A DNA stretch of 64,000 nt from Candidatus Aminicenantes bacterium (GCA_963729855.1 CAVSPT010000006.1:1344770-1408769), one strand, 5' to 3'; positions 29,580 through 38,942 are shown, counted from the stretch's first letter. The notes: a model not told the origin generated them from the sequence alone. Made by a program: numbers and translations.

Positions 29580-30427
29580 ACCAGCGACGGAGCGAACCGG
29601 CCGCGGGGGTCGCCCTTGCGGGCCTTGACCATCTGCTCGACATCCATCCCCTTCTCGGCGAAATAATCGCGGATGACCTCGCGGACGATATGGGCCTGTT
29701 TGTTGGCCACGTAATCGACGGTCATCGCCTCGTTCTGTTCGACAGGCTTGCCCAGCAGGTTTCGCTTCCAATGGATGATCCAGCCCGAAAAGCACATCGG
29801 CTGGGACCGTTTGGTGGCCTGTTTGGTCATCAATCCGGACAGCTTTTTGGTCGTATCCAGGCTGAGGAAGTCGATGTCGAAACCCAGATCGCCCAGCTTC
29901 AGGCGCCGCTCTTCGCGGCTGCCGTACTCGTAGGTCGGGGTCAGAAAATGGACGCCGTACTCGGCGGCGAACTTCTTGTTGCGGTTGACGATGCTGGGAT
30001 AGTTCTCGGCCGTGCCGGTCAGGTTGGCCTCGGAGGGGATCTGCTCCCGGTTGGACCCGTCGGCGTAGCCGACCAGGGCGTGCTCGAGGGCATAGAGCAG
30101 GCCGCCCGTGTTCATGCCCAGCCGGCAGCCGACGCACCAGCGGGTTTCCAGGTTGTATTTCTTGCGGTCCTTGCGGAGCTTCTTGTAGGCGATGCGCTTG
30201 ACGACTTTTTTCAGGTCGATGATCTCGTGATGGACGCGGTCGGCGCCGAATTTGGCTTTTAGGCGATCGACGTTGGGGATGTTGTTCTTGACGCCGAACT
30301 CGAGGTAGCCCTTGTCGAAGGTGATCAGGTGGACCTTGTCGTAGGTCTGCAGGAGCAGGACGGCCGCCAGCAGCGAATCGATGCCGCCCGAGAACATCAC
30401 CGCGACTTCATTCTTGATCGGCTCCAT
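29576..30427 (-). CDS. PP-loop (adenine-nucleotide alpha-hydrolase) family ATPase, QueC/asparagine-synthetase-like
   Basis: AVMFSGGIDSLLAAVLL, the SGGxDS PP-loop. The track ORF extends to 30448. Confidence 0.65.
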   Translation of the reverse strand: MEPIKNEVAVMFSGGIDSLLAAVLLLQTYDKVHLITFDKGYLEFGVKNNIPNVDRLKAKFGADRVHHEIIDLKKVVKRIAYKKLRKDRKKYNLETRWCVGCRLGMNTGGLLYALEHALVGYADGSNREQIPSEANLTGTAENYPSIVNRNKKFAAEYGVHFLTPTYEYGSREERRLKLGDLGFDIDFLSLDTTKKLSGLMTKQATKRSQPMCFSGWIIHWKRNLLGKPVEQNEAMTVDYVANKQAHIVREVIRDYFAEKGMDVEQMVKARKGDPRGRFAPSLV

Positions 30428-30549
30428 GAAGGACTCCTTGAAGAACATTGAAAGCGATCATTGTACACGGGCGGCGGCGAAATGCAACCGGGGGGGGAGA
30501 TCCGCCGCGGCGGAAAGAGGTCCTCGGCGCCGCGGCCGGCGGAAAAGGG

Positions 30550-30714
30550 TCAGCCCTGTTTGAGGACGGGGGCGGCGTAGTCTTTGCGGGTGAGCTTGGC
30601 CTTGGCCTTGCGGATGCAACATCCGCCCTGGTGGAAGAAGAGCCAGATCAGGACGCCGATGCCGACGCCGAGCAGGCCGATGACGATGAGGATGATCTTG
30701 AGAAGCGTGGACAT
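30550..30714 (-). CDS. Small (54 aa) single-TM membrane peptide with a GGCC motif, preceded by a canonical SD (taaggaggagagg)
   Basis: Manual translation gives MSTLLKIILIVIGLLGVGIGVLIWLFFHQGGCCIRKAKAKLTRKDYAAPVLKQG. It falls below the track size cutoff. The AAGGAGG lies 7 nt upstream of the ATG. Confidence 0.55.
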   Translation of the reverse strand: MSTLLKIILIVIGLLGVGIGVLIWLFFHQGGCCIRKAKAKLTRKDYAAPVLKQG

Positions 30715-30834
30715 CGATACCTCTCCTCCTTACAAATACTATAGAAACACTCGGAACAGTATAGATTTATAGCACGCCGGCGGAAGGCTGTCAAGAAAAA
30801 AGGACGGCTCGGGAGCGGGAGGGCAAACACGCTT

Positions 30835-30962
30835 ATTTCCCCGGCGAGGAAATGCGCTCCCCTCCTCGCTCGCTCTTCCCGCTAAGAAGCGGGAATCGAT
30901 GCCCGCTCGTTCGTCGAGGGGTTTGCCCTCCCATCCCCCTCGCCCCGCCAAGAAAGAACACG
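30835..30962. repeat. Family-1 REP/MITE-like element copy (contains tttccccggcgaggaaa and the cccgctAAGAagcggg hairpin)
   Basis: Shares gcccgctcgYtcgtcgaSgggttt and gctccNctcctcNctcgctc with 23330-23440, and its reverse complement with 44600-44640. Confidence 0.7.
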
Positions 30963-31031
30963 TTCACCGGCGCTGCCTCCGGCTTGACAATCCGGACGAT
31001 TGGAATAACATCGATCGAAAGGAGTCGCACT

Positions 31032-32612
31032 ATGAAAACCGCTCGCATGACCTGGATCGTCGCTCTCGTCCTTCTCCTTGTTCCCGCTTCCCGTCTGACC
31101 GCTCAGACGCCGCCCCCGAACACCGGCCCTCAGGACATGAGGGTCGCCCCGGCGCCCCAGCCCCCCGCGCCCAAGGAGGAGTTTTCGGTCACCGATCACA
31201 CCATCCGCATCGGCGGCCAAATCATCCCCTATCGGGCGACGGCCGGCCTGACTCTGCTCAAGAACGATATGGGCGAACCGACGGGCCTGATGTACTCCGT
31301 GGCCTATACGCGGAGCGACGTCAAGGACCTCAGCCGCCGCCCCATCGCTTTCTTCTACAACGGCGGGCCCGGTTCGGCCTCCCTTTGGCTGCACCTGGGC
31401 GCGTTCGGGCCGCGCCGGCCGGTGACGAAGGACGGCGCCTTCACGCCGCCCGCTCCCTACGAACTCATCGACAACACCGAGAGCCTCATCGACAAGACCG
31501 ACATGGTCTTCATCGACGCCATGGGCACGGGCTACAGCCGTCCGGCCGGAAAGGCCCAGATCAAGGACTTCCTGGGCATCGACGAGGACGCCCAGGCCTT
31601 CGCCCAGCTCATCCTGACCTACGTCAACCGCAACGATCGCTGGAATTCGCCCAAGTTCCTGATGGGGGAGAGCTACGGGACGTTCCGCTCGGCGGTCCTG
31701 GGCAACCTGCTGCAAAGCCGTTATTCCATGCACCTCAACGGCATCGTCCTCATCTCATCCGTCCTCGATATGGCCTCCCTGAACTTCACGCCCGGCGACG
31801 ACCGGACCTATATCTTCTATCTGCCCAGCTATGCCGCCGTGGCCTGGTACCATGACGTCCTGAAAAACAAGCCGGCGGATCTGCCCGCGTTCATCGACGA
31901 GGCCAGGAAATACGCGGCCGGCGAATACGCCGCCGCCCTGTTCAAGGGCGCCAAGCTGACTGCCGCCGAAAAGGAGGCCGTGGCCAAGAGACTCTCGGGC
32001 TTCACCGGCCTGAGCCCGGACTATTTCCTGAAAGCCGACCTCCGGGTGACGCTCGGCCAGTTCAACGTCGAGCTCATGCGCAGCCGGGGCCTGACCTTGG
32101 GCCGCATCGACGCCCGTTTTTCGGGCTATACGCGGGACCTCCTGTCCGAGTCCGCCCAAGGCGATCCCGAGGGCCCGGCCGTGGCCGGCGCGTTCACGGC
32201 CCTGCTCAACGCCTACACCCACAACGAGCTCAAATTCGGGCTGGAAAAGACCTATCTCACCTCCATCGGCGCGGGGGGCGAATGGAACTGGAAACGCCTC
32301 CCGACCGGACGTTTCGGGGCCCCGACCGCCGGCTTTTTCCCCGGAGCGCCGAACGTCATGGGCGACCTCTTGGAGGCCATGATCACCAATCCGCGCCTGT
32401 TCGTCCAGGTGGAGAACGGCTATTACGATATGGCCACGCCCTTCTTCGCCACCGAGCATACGATGGACCATCTCGGCCTGCCGGCCGACCTGCGGGGCCG
32501 CCTGACCTTGGATTATTACCCCGCCGGACACATGATGTACCTTCAGAACGAATGCCGCGCCGCCCTCCACGACAACATCGCCCGCTTCGTGGACAAGGCC
32601 ACCGCGCGGTGA
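31032..32612 (+). CDS. Secreted serine carboxypeptidase, peptidase family S10
   Basis: Track ORF 30852..32612. The true start is MKTARMTWIVALVLLLVPA (RBS aaaggag). Motifs FFYNGGPGSAS and MGESYG (catalytic Ser) are present. Confidence 0.75.
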   Translation: MKTARMTWIVALVLLLVPASRLTAQTPPPNTGPQDMRVAPAPQPPAPKEEFSVTDHTIRIGGQIIPYRATAGLTLLKNDMGEPTGLMYSVAYTRSDVKDLSRRPIAFFYNGGPGSASLWLHLGAFGPRRPVTKDGAFTPPAPYELIDNTESLIDKTDMVFIDAMGTGYSRPAGKAQIKDFLGIDEDAQAFAQLILTYVNRNDRWNSPKFLMGESYGTFRSAVLGNLLQSRYSMHLNGIVLISSVLDMASLNFTPGDDRTYIFYLPSYAAVAWYHDVLKNKPADLPAFIDEARKYAAGEYAAALFKGAKLTAAEKEAVAKRLSGFTGLSPDYFLKADLRVTLGQFNVELMRSRGLTLGRIDARFSGYTRDLLSESAQGDPEGPAVAGAFTALLNAYTHNELKFGLEKTYLTSIGAGGEWNWKRLPTGRFGAPTAGFFPGAPNVMGDLLEAMITNPRLFVQVENGYYDMATPFFATEHTMDHLGLPADLRGRLTLDYYPAGHMMYLQNECRAALHDNIARFVDKATAR

Positions 32613-32622
32613 AGAACCGGGC

Positions 32623-33399
32623 ATGAATTCGATTCCCCGCGCGGGCAGGGCGGGCCGCTTGGCGGCCGCCCTGCTCGCTCTATCGGCCGCCCCGCTTTTA
32701 TCGCAGACGGTTCCCGATCTGAACGCCTTTCTGGTCAATGTCGAAGCTCGGCTGGAGGCAGGATTCGCCTATAAGAATTGGACGGCCTCGTCGACGTCCA
32801 CGAACACGGAATTCGACCGCCGCGGCGCCGTCGTCAAAGTCACCGTGGTCGACAAGCTCGTCCGGGTGACGAACGGCGACCGCGATGAGGATATCCTCAA
32901 GGCCGTCGAGACCGCGGACGGAAAAACGACGGACGTGACCCGCGAAACCGCCGAAAAAGCCCGCCAACAGTGGGCTGAAGAACGCGCCAAGCGGGCGGCC
33001 GGCAGCCGGCGAAGCGGGGTCCTGGACCTGGACGAGATTCTCCCTTTTGCACCGAAAAAGAGGCCATTTTACAACTTTAAACTCCGGTCGGTCGAGGGCG
33101 AGGGAGGCCGAAAGCTGGCGGTTCTCGAAGCCGCGGCCATGGAAAAAGACTCCAAATTATGGAATGGGATCTATAAGATCGATCCTGTCACGTTCGACAT
33201 CGTCAGGGCCGAAGTGCGGCCGTCCGACAATCCCACCTTCGTCCGGGAATTGTGGGCGGAAGCCGATATCGCCCTCCTCGGCGGGAAGCATCTATTCATC
33301 GTCCACTCTAAAATGAAAGTCGACGGGGGATTTCTCTTCATCAAGAACACGCGCATGCTGGTCGAGGATGTGTATACGGACGTCAAGATTCTTAACTGA
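32623..33399 (+). CDS. Secreted hypothetical protein
   Basis: Signal peptide MNSIPRAGRAGRLAAALLALSAAPLLSQ; no recognised domain. Confidence 0.5.
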   Translation: MNSIPRAGRAGRLAAALLALSAAPLLSQTVPDLNAFLVNVEARLEAGFAYKNWTASSTSTNTEFDRRGAVVKVTVVDKLVRVTNGDRDEDILKAVETADGKTTDVTRETAEKARQQWAEERAKRAAGSRRSGVLDLDEILPFAPKKRPFYNFKLRSVEGEGGRKLAVLEAAAMEKDSKLWNGIYKIDPVTFDIVRAEVRPSDNPTFVRELWAEADIALLGGKHLFIVHSKMKVDGGFLFIKNTRMLVEDVYTDVKILN

Positions 33400-33457
33400 A
33401 ATTGACAGTCCGCGGGCGAGCGGATAAACTAGCCCTCTCTTTTTAAAGGATTTGCCC

Positions 33458-34219
33458 ATGAACAAGGAAAAGGTCGGCTCTTTTTATGACGTCGTCTGGA
33501 CGGAATACATTCCCGAATATGAAGCTTCGGAGAAGCATTGGCTTCTTTTCTTCAGCCCGGAAGAAGTGAAGGGCAAAGCGGTCCTCGATTCCGGGTGCGG
33601 GACGGGGATCTTCTCCATCATTTTCGCCAAGAACGGCGCCGGGCGGGTCACGGGCATCGACATCAGCCCCGGCAGCCTGGGCACGGCCGAGAACCTGAAG
33701 CAGAAATTCGGCTTGAGCAACACGCGCTTCGAGCGGCAGGATATGCTCCACTTGCCCTATGCCGAAGCGTCCTTCGACATCGTCTGGGCCTGGGGCACCG
33801 TCCATCACACCACCGACCCTCTGGGGGCGATCGACGGCCTCATCCGCGTTCTCAAACCCGGGGGCTCGATCCTGCTGGCCATCTACAAGAGAACCAAGGT
33901 CACCTGGATCCACGAGGCCATCCGCAGGACCCTGATCAAGACGCCGCGATTTTCCTGGAATTTCCTGGCCAGGATCATGGCCTTTTTCGGGACGCCCATC
34001 GTCTGGATCTTCAAGCGCCGGGAAAAGGCCCGCAAGGGCGAGACGCTGTCCGAACTCATTTTGGACTGGTATTTCGTCCCCATCCGGCACTATTACAGAC
34101 CGGACGAGATCCGGACGCACCTGGAAGGCAAGGGCTTCACGATCGAGAATTACCTGGCCCACTCCGGCCGCTTCAATAGCTCGTCCAACTTCATCTTCAA
34201 GGCCCGCAAGCCCGCCTAG
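33458..34219 (+). CDS. Class I SAM-dependent methyltransferase
   Basis: VLDSGCGTGIFSIIFA (motif I) and VLKPGGSILL. Confidence 0.75.
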   Translation: MNKEKVGSFYDVVWTEYIPEYEASEKHWLLFFSPEEVKGKAVLDSGCGTGIFSIIFAKNGAGRVTGIDISPGSLGTAENLKQKFGLSNTRFERQDMLHLPYAEASFDIVWAWGTVHHTTDPLGAIDGLIRVLKPGGSILLAIYKRTKVTWIHEAIRRTLIKTPRFSWNFLARIMAFFGTPIVWIFKRREKARKGETLSELILDWYFVPIRHYYRPDEIRTHLEGKGFTIENYLAHSGRFNSSSNFIFKARKPA

Positions 34220-34272
34220 GGTCTGGAGCGAAAGCTTTCCGAAAATCAGCGGATCGCAGACGCGGCCCCGAT

Positions 34273-35028
34273 CTATTGAAGCGAACGGCGATCGATAAGG
34301 CGAAGCCGCCGGTCGGGCACGGCGTAGGTATATTCGGGCAGTGATGCCGCAAGCACGGCGCCCGCGCCCACCACGCTGCCCGTCCCGATGGTCACGCCGT
34401 CCAGCACGGTGACCCCCGCGCCCAGCCAGACGTCGTCGCCGATATGGATCCCGCCCTTGGCCGTCGACGGTTGGAACATGATCGGCCGGGTCGTGTCCGT
34501 GACGGGATGGTTTCCGCCCGCCACCAGGAAGCAGTTCCCGGCCAAGAAACAACAGCTCCCCAGCTCGATGATCGTCTCGCTGAGCAGGCTGCAGTTGGCC
34601 GAGATGTTGCCGTAATCGCCGATGACGATCGAGCCTTCCTTGCAGGTCAAAATCGTATTCCGGCCGATCAGAGCATTGGACCCGATGCGGATGCCGTCCC
34701 GGCCCGAGCCCTTGGCGTCGAGGACCGCGCCGTCATCGATCACGGTATGGTCGCCGATCCGGATCTTGTGGGGATGGCGGAGGGTCACGTTCCGTCCGAA
34801 GACCACACCCCGGCCCAGACCGTCCAGAATTCGGGGGAAGAATATTTTACGCAGCGCCAACCCCAGCGCCCCGGGCACCGGAGCGACGAAGAGGGTGATG
34901 AATTCGTATTTGAGCAGCGCCCAGAGGCCCTTCCGGCCGACGAAAAGATCGCGGTATTTGGAGGCCGCGGAGCGCCGCCCGTCCAAAAGCTCTTTCTGCG
35001 TGCTTCCGGGAAAAGCGTTGTCCGTCAT
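34273..35028 (-). CDS. Left-handed beta-helix (hexapeptide-repeat) acyl/acetyltransferase
   Basis: Real start MTDNAFPGS at 35028 (RBS ggaggg). The track ORF 34273..35457 has an Arg-rich, implausible N-extension. Hexapeptide repeats IGDHTVIDDGAVLD...IGSNALIGRNTIL...IGDDVWLGAGVTVLDGVTIGTGSVVGAGAVL are present. The ATG overlaps the stop of the upstream gene (ATGA at 35025-35028). Confidence 0.75.
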   Translation of the reverse strand: MTDNAFPGSTQKELLDGRRSAASKYRDLFVGRKGLWALLKYEFITLFVAPVPGALGLALRKIFFPRILDGLGRGVVFGRNVTLRHPHKIRIGDHTVIDDGAVLDAKGSGRDGIRIGSNALIGRNTILTCKEGSIVIGDYGNISANCSLLSETIIELGSCCFLAGNCFLVAGGNHPVTDTTRPIMFQPSTAKGGIHIGDDVWLGAGVTVLDGVTIGTGSVVGAGAVLAASLPEYTYAVPDRRLRLIDRRSLQ

Positions 35029-37130
35029 AGCCCGCCCTCCTCGGGAACGAGGTCGAGATAATCGAGCAAGACACGGGACGTTCCGCGGACCTGAACCTGG
35101 ATGTTCGGCCGGTCGCCTTCCCGCAGGGCAAAGCTGATCTCGGGTTCGATCCAACCGCTCCCGGCCGGGACGCGCAGGGTGCGCAGACGCTCTCCGGTCC
35201 GGGCCGAGACGATCGCCGCGGCAAAGGCCTCGCCGCTTCCGCCTTCGGCCTCGATCCGCAGCCGCAGCCGGTATCGTCCGGCCTTGAACTCGCCGAGGAT
35301 CTCGGCCGAGAATTCTTCCGGCCGCCCCGGATCCCAAGCCAGGGCCGCCTGCTTGCTGTAATCTCGGCCATAGACGATCGCCCCCCGGCGGGAAGGCAGC
35401 CATTCGCCTTCGCAGGTGTGGCGGGCGCCGGTCAGCGCGCCCCCTCCGTCGTTCCACAAATAGACCTCGCTGACGCCGTCCCAGCCGCGGAAGACGATCT
35501 TGTTCTTCTGCGTCGCCAGATAATCGGCGATTTCCCGGTTGATGTGGTCGCGCCGGACAAGCGACGTCGAACCGACCAGCCAGACGCGCCGGCCCGGATT
35601 TCCTTCCACGACGTTTTTCAGATCATCAAGGCTGTTGAGCCAGCGCGCGCCGACGTAGAAATCCTTCCAGCCGTCGGGCGTTTTCTCCCAGGCGTCCCAG
35701 GTGCCGGGCCCGCCTGACCAGAGCCAGTAATCGACCCGCCCGACGTAGATCTTTCCGAAGACGACGTGGATGGCGATGACGACGTCGTCGGGCTTCAGGA
35801 AATGCCGCACGTACAGCCCGGTGTTGGCGTTGTCCTCCTGGGCGAAGCGGCCGGAGCGGGTGATGATATCGGCCGTGACGGGATCACGGTAACGGCGGTC
35901 GACAACGGCCATGGTCCGCCCCAGCCCGACACCCTCGGTAAGGACGAAGACCGCAGCCAGAAATAATATCATGGCCGCCGCACCCCTGGCCCTGGGTGTG
36001 AGGGACACGAACGGGGCGATGACCAGATCGGCCAGGGCCGCGGCCGCCTGGCGCAGGCCGGCCAGGAACAGAAGGACGAACAGCGGATAAAGCGGAGCCA
36101 GGTAGCGCGGCTGGACATGCGTCCGGAAGACGCCGAAGAAGAGAAGAGGAAAAAGCAACCCGAGCGTGAGGTAGAGATAGGGTGACCGGCCTCGGTCGTC
36201 GTCCGGCCCGCTTTTTCCAAGACGGGCGCCCAAATAAAGAAAGACCCCCCCCAATACGACCAGGGTCATGGCCGGGAAGGCGACGAAGAATTCCTTGAAA
36301 TAATCGAAGTTGAAGCTGGAGAAGAAGTAGTGGAACATCCCGGCCAGGCTGGAGTCCGTCTTCTCGTAGACGTAGCCGACCTGCCAGACGAAAAATTCAT
36401 GGAGCTGGACGCCGAGATAGGCCAGCGTGACCAGGCCGAAGCTGATCAGAACGTCCTTCTTGAAAAACCGCTTCAGCCCCTTCATCACGACCAGGGCGGC
36501 ATAGCAGAAGATAAGGCCCATGCCGAGCTGATGGACCCAGGGGATGAGGATGAACACGACCGTGGCCCAGGGCCGGAATTTCTTTCGATCGAGGATGAAG
36601 CCCTGGTAGAAAAGATACAGGCCCGCCAGGTAGAGCAATTGGGTCGGGGCGAAATAAAGGGCCAGGCGGGCGTCCTCCACCTCCCAGACCGAGAAGGCCA
36701 ACAGGACGGCGGCCAGCGCGCCGATGGTGCGGGAGAAGAAGCGTTTGCCCACTCCATAAGCCAGGCCGATGACGCCGGCCACGCAGAAGACGCTGACGGC
36801 GCGCAGGGTCGCCGCGGTGAAGCCGAAAATCCTGGAGAAGAAAGCCAGGACATAGGTGTATAGGGCGACTTTGTAATAGATATGTCCGCTCGGAAAAAGC
36901 GGATAGCCGTGCTGATTGATTCCCTGGGCGGCCAGGTAGTGGAACCCCTCGTCCATCCAGAGCGAGAGATAACCGAGGTTCCTGAGCATCAGGACGACCC
37001 AGGCGGCCAAGCCGAGACCCAGGGCGATCCACAGGAGGAGGTCGATCCTGGAGGATCGCCGGGAGGTCAGGCCTGAGGGGGCGTCCTCGGCCATGGGCTC
37101 ACCGCCCGGCCGGACCGGCGGCCGCGGCAT
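35025..37130 (-). CDS. GT-C superfamily membrane glycosyltransferase, ArnT/PMT (GT39/GT83)-like, with a C-terminal periplasmic domain
   Basis: 701 aa with at least 10 TM helices in the N-terminal 400 aa. A soluble C-terminal domain of about 250 aa follows. The N-terminal loop motif is ...WMDEGFHY... Confidence 0.7.
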   Translation of the reverse strand: MPRPPVRPGGEPMAEDAPSGLTSRRSSRIDLLLWIALGLGLAAWVVLMLRNLGYLSLWMDEGFHYLAAQGINQHGYPLFPSGHIYYKVALYTYVLAFFSRIFGFTAATLRAVSVFCVAGVIGLAYGVGKRFFSRTIGALAAVLLAFSVWEVEDARLALYFAPTQLLYLAGLYLFYQGFILDRKKFRPWATVVFILIPWVHQLGMGLIFCYAALVVMKGLKRFFKKDVLISFGLVTLAYLGVQLHEFFVWQVGYVYEKTDSSLAGMFHYFFSSFNFDYFKEFFVAFPAMTLVVLGGVFLYLGARLGKSGPDDDRGRSPYLYLTLGLLFPLLFFGVFRTHVQPRYLAPLYPLFVLLFLAGLRQAAAALADLVIAPFVSLTPRARGAAAMILFLAAVFVLTEGVGLGRTMAVVDRRYRDPVTADIITRSGRFAQEDNANTGLYVRHFLKPDDVVIAIHVVFGKIYVGRVDYWLWSGGPGTWDAWEKTPDGWKDFYVGARWLNSLDDLKNVVEGNPGRRVWLVGSTSLVRRDHINREIADYLATQKNKIVFRGWDGVSEVYLWNDGGGALTGARHTCEGEWLPSRRGAIVYGRDYSKQAALAWDPGRPEEFSAEILGEFKAGRYRLRLRIEAEGGSGEAFAAAIVSARTGERLRTLRVPAGSGWIEPEISFALREGDRPNIQVQVRGTSRVLLDYLDLVPEEGGL

Positions 37131-38091
37131 GGATATCGATGCGCTCGAGGGAATAGATCTTGAGGGCGTGGGTGGTGAAATAGATGCGGGAGATGACCTC
37201 GGCCAGGAGGCCGGTCGAGATGAACAGCCCCCCGACGATCATCAGGAAGACGCCTAAAATCAGCATGCCCAGGTTGTCCCGGATCTGCCAGCCGAGGAAG
37301 TAGTACCCCACGGTCAGCACGAAATCGATGAGGAAGCCGAGGCTCCCGAGAACGAGCCCCAGCGGGCCGAAAATCTGGAGCGGCCGGTCGATGAAGGTGA
37401 CGATGAACTTGACCGTCAGCAGGTCGAAGAGGACGCGCCGCACGCGCGACAACCCGTACTTGGACTTGCCGTGGAGGCGGACGATGTTGGAAATGGGCAG
37501 TTCGGTGATCTTGAAACCCTCCCGGCTGATGAGGGCCGGGATGAAGCGGTGGAGTTCGCCGTACAGGTGGATTCCCCGCACCACCTCGCGCCGGTAGGCC
37601 TTGAAGGTCGTCCCGAAGTCGTGGATCTGGACCTTGACCAGCTTCTTCATCATCCGGTTGGCCACCCAGGAGGGGAATTTGCGCACGAGGGCGTTATCCT
37701 TGCGGTCCTTGCGCCAGCCGCTTACGATGTCGTAGCCCTCGTCCAGCTTGGCCAGGAATTGGGGGATCTCGGCCGGATCGTGCTGGAGATCGCCGTCCAT
37801 GGAGATGATGATCTCGCCGCGGGCGTGGTCGAAGCCGGCCTGCAGGGCCGGCGTCTGGCCGAAGTTGCGGCGCAGCTTGATAATGACGACGTTCTCGTCT
37901 TTCTTATAGATCTCCCGAAGGAGGGTCCCGGTCCGGTCGGTGCTGCCGTCATCGATGAAAATCAGCTCGTACGTCTCGCCGGTCGGGTCCAGGGTCGCCT
38001 TGAGGCGCCGGTGCATCTCCTCGACGTTTTCCTCTTCGTTATAGAAGGGCACGACGATGGAGATTTTGAGGCTTGGAGCGTCGTTAATCAT
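37099..38091 (-). CDS. GT2 polyprenyl-phosphate glycosyltransferase (ArnC/LgmA/HpnI-like); paralog of 26439..27422
   Basis: True start MINDAPSLKISIVVPFYNEE at 38091. Motifs FIDDGSTDRT, DGDLQHDP and C-terminal TM helices are present. Confidence 0.8.
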   Translation of the reverse strand: MINDAPSLKISIVVPFYNEEENVEEMHRRLKATLDPTGETYELIFIDDGSTDRTGTLLREIYKKDENVVIIKLRRNFGQTPALQAGFDHARGEIIISMDGDLQHDPAEIPQFLAKLDEGYDIVSGWRKDRKDNALVRKFPSWVANRMMKKLVKVQIHDFGTTFKAYRREVVRGIHLYGELHRFIPALISREGFKITELPISNIVRLHGKSKYGLSRVRRVLFDLLTVKFIVTFIDRPLQIFGPLGLVLGSLGFLIDFVLTVGYYFLGWQIRDNLGMLILGVFLMIVGGLFISTGLLAEVISRIYFTTHALKIYSLERIDIHAAAAGPAGR

Positions 38092-38093
38092 CG

Positions 38094-38942
38094 TCACAAT
38101 CCATGGTAGCTGATCAGCCGGCGGCCGCGACCGCCGAACAGGGCCCGGACCGAGGGATCGGTCACGGCCCGCCATTCACCTTCCCGGAACCGGTTGATGT
38201 AATAAGGCCCGGTGAGCGCTTCCAGGGCGAAGAGTTCCGGACGGGCCAAGCCAGGGTGGACCATGATCTCGGCGGAACCCTCTTCCGGACGCTCGATCAG
38301 GCGGCGAAGGTCCGCCGCCGTCATCCGGCCGCTATTAGATATACCATAAAAACGGTCGACAATCACCAATCCGGCGGCCTTGATCCGGGCCGAAACGCGG
38401 GCGCAGCAGAGCGAGAGGAAGACGGCCTTGGCGTTTTGGGAGACGTGCCGGGAGAGGCCGAACTCCCTGATAAAGCGCACTTTCCTAATCCCGTACTCGA
38501 CGGCCAGGTCGATGACTACACGGAAGACGGGCGGAAAGGCATGCATGTGTTTCTCGCTGTCCAAGTGGCTGGGGACGAGGCCGGCCCGCAGGGCTTTCTC
38601 GATCTGGGCCCGCAATTCCCGCTCTAAAGCCGCGCGCCCCGCGTTCCCGGAGATGATCCGCCCCATGAGTTTCCGGGGCGAGACGAGAAACCGGCCGTCC
38701 GGTCCCAGGAGGGGGGCGATCGTGGACGGATCCGACAGGGGCAGGCCGCGCAAGAGATTTAAGTGGACGCCGACCCCCAAATCCGGGTTTTCCCGGGCCA
38801 GATCGACGGCCTCGGCGAAGCCGGGCATATTGGCCATGACCGTCGCGCTGGACAGGACGCCCTCGCGGTGGGCCCGGACGATGCCCTCGTTGACGCAGGC
38901 GCAGAGGCCGAAATCGTCGGCATTGATGATGATCCTTTTCAT
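38094..38942 (-). CDS. YdjC/ChbG/HpnK-family carbohydrate deacetylase
   Basis: MKRIIINADDFGLCACVNEGIVRAHREGVLSSATVM, the YdjC family signature. Its stop lies 2 nt from the GT2 start. Confidence 0.8.
   Translation of the reverse strand: MKRIIINADDFGLCACVNEGIVRAHREGVLSSATVMANMPGFAEAVDLARENPDLGVGVHLNLLRGLPLSDPSTIAPLLGPDGRFLVSPRKLMGRIISGNAGRAALERELRAQIEKALRAGLVPSHLDSEKHMHAFPPVFRVVIDLAVEYGIRKVRFIREFGLSRHVSQNAKAVFLSLCCARVSARIKAAGLVIVDRFYGISNSGRMTAADLRRLIERPEEGSAEIMVHPGLARPELFALEALTGPYYINRFREGEWRAVTDPSVRALFGGRGRRLISYHGL

Noticed and set aside
30852-31031. Upstream 60 codons of the S10 peptidase track ORF
   Set aside because: This stretch lies inside a repeat element and has no RBS. The signal peptide begins at MKTARM (31032), which is preceded by aaaggag.
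35029-35457. N-terminal 143 aa of track ORF 34273..35457
   Set aside because: It is an Arg/Pro-rich extension that overlaps the upstream GT-C gene. The hexapeptide acyltransferase clearly starts at the internal ATG 35028, which has its own RBS and an ATGA stop/start overlap.
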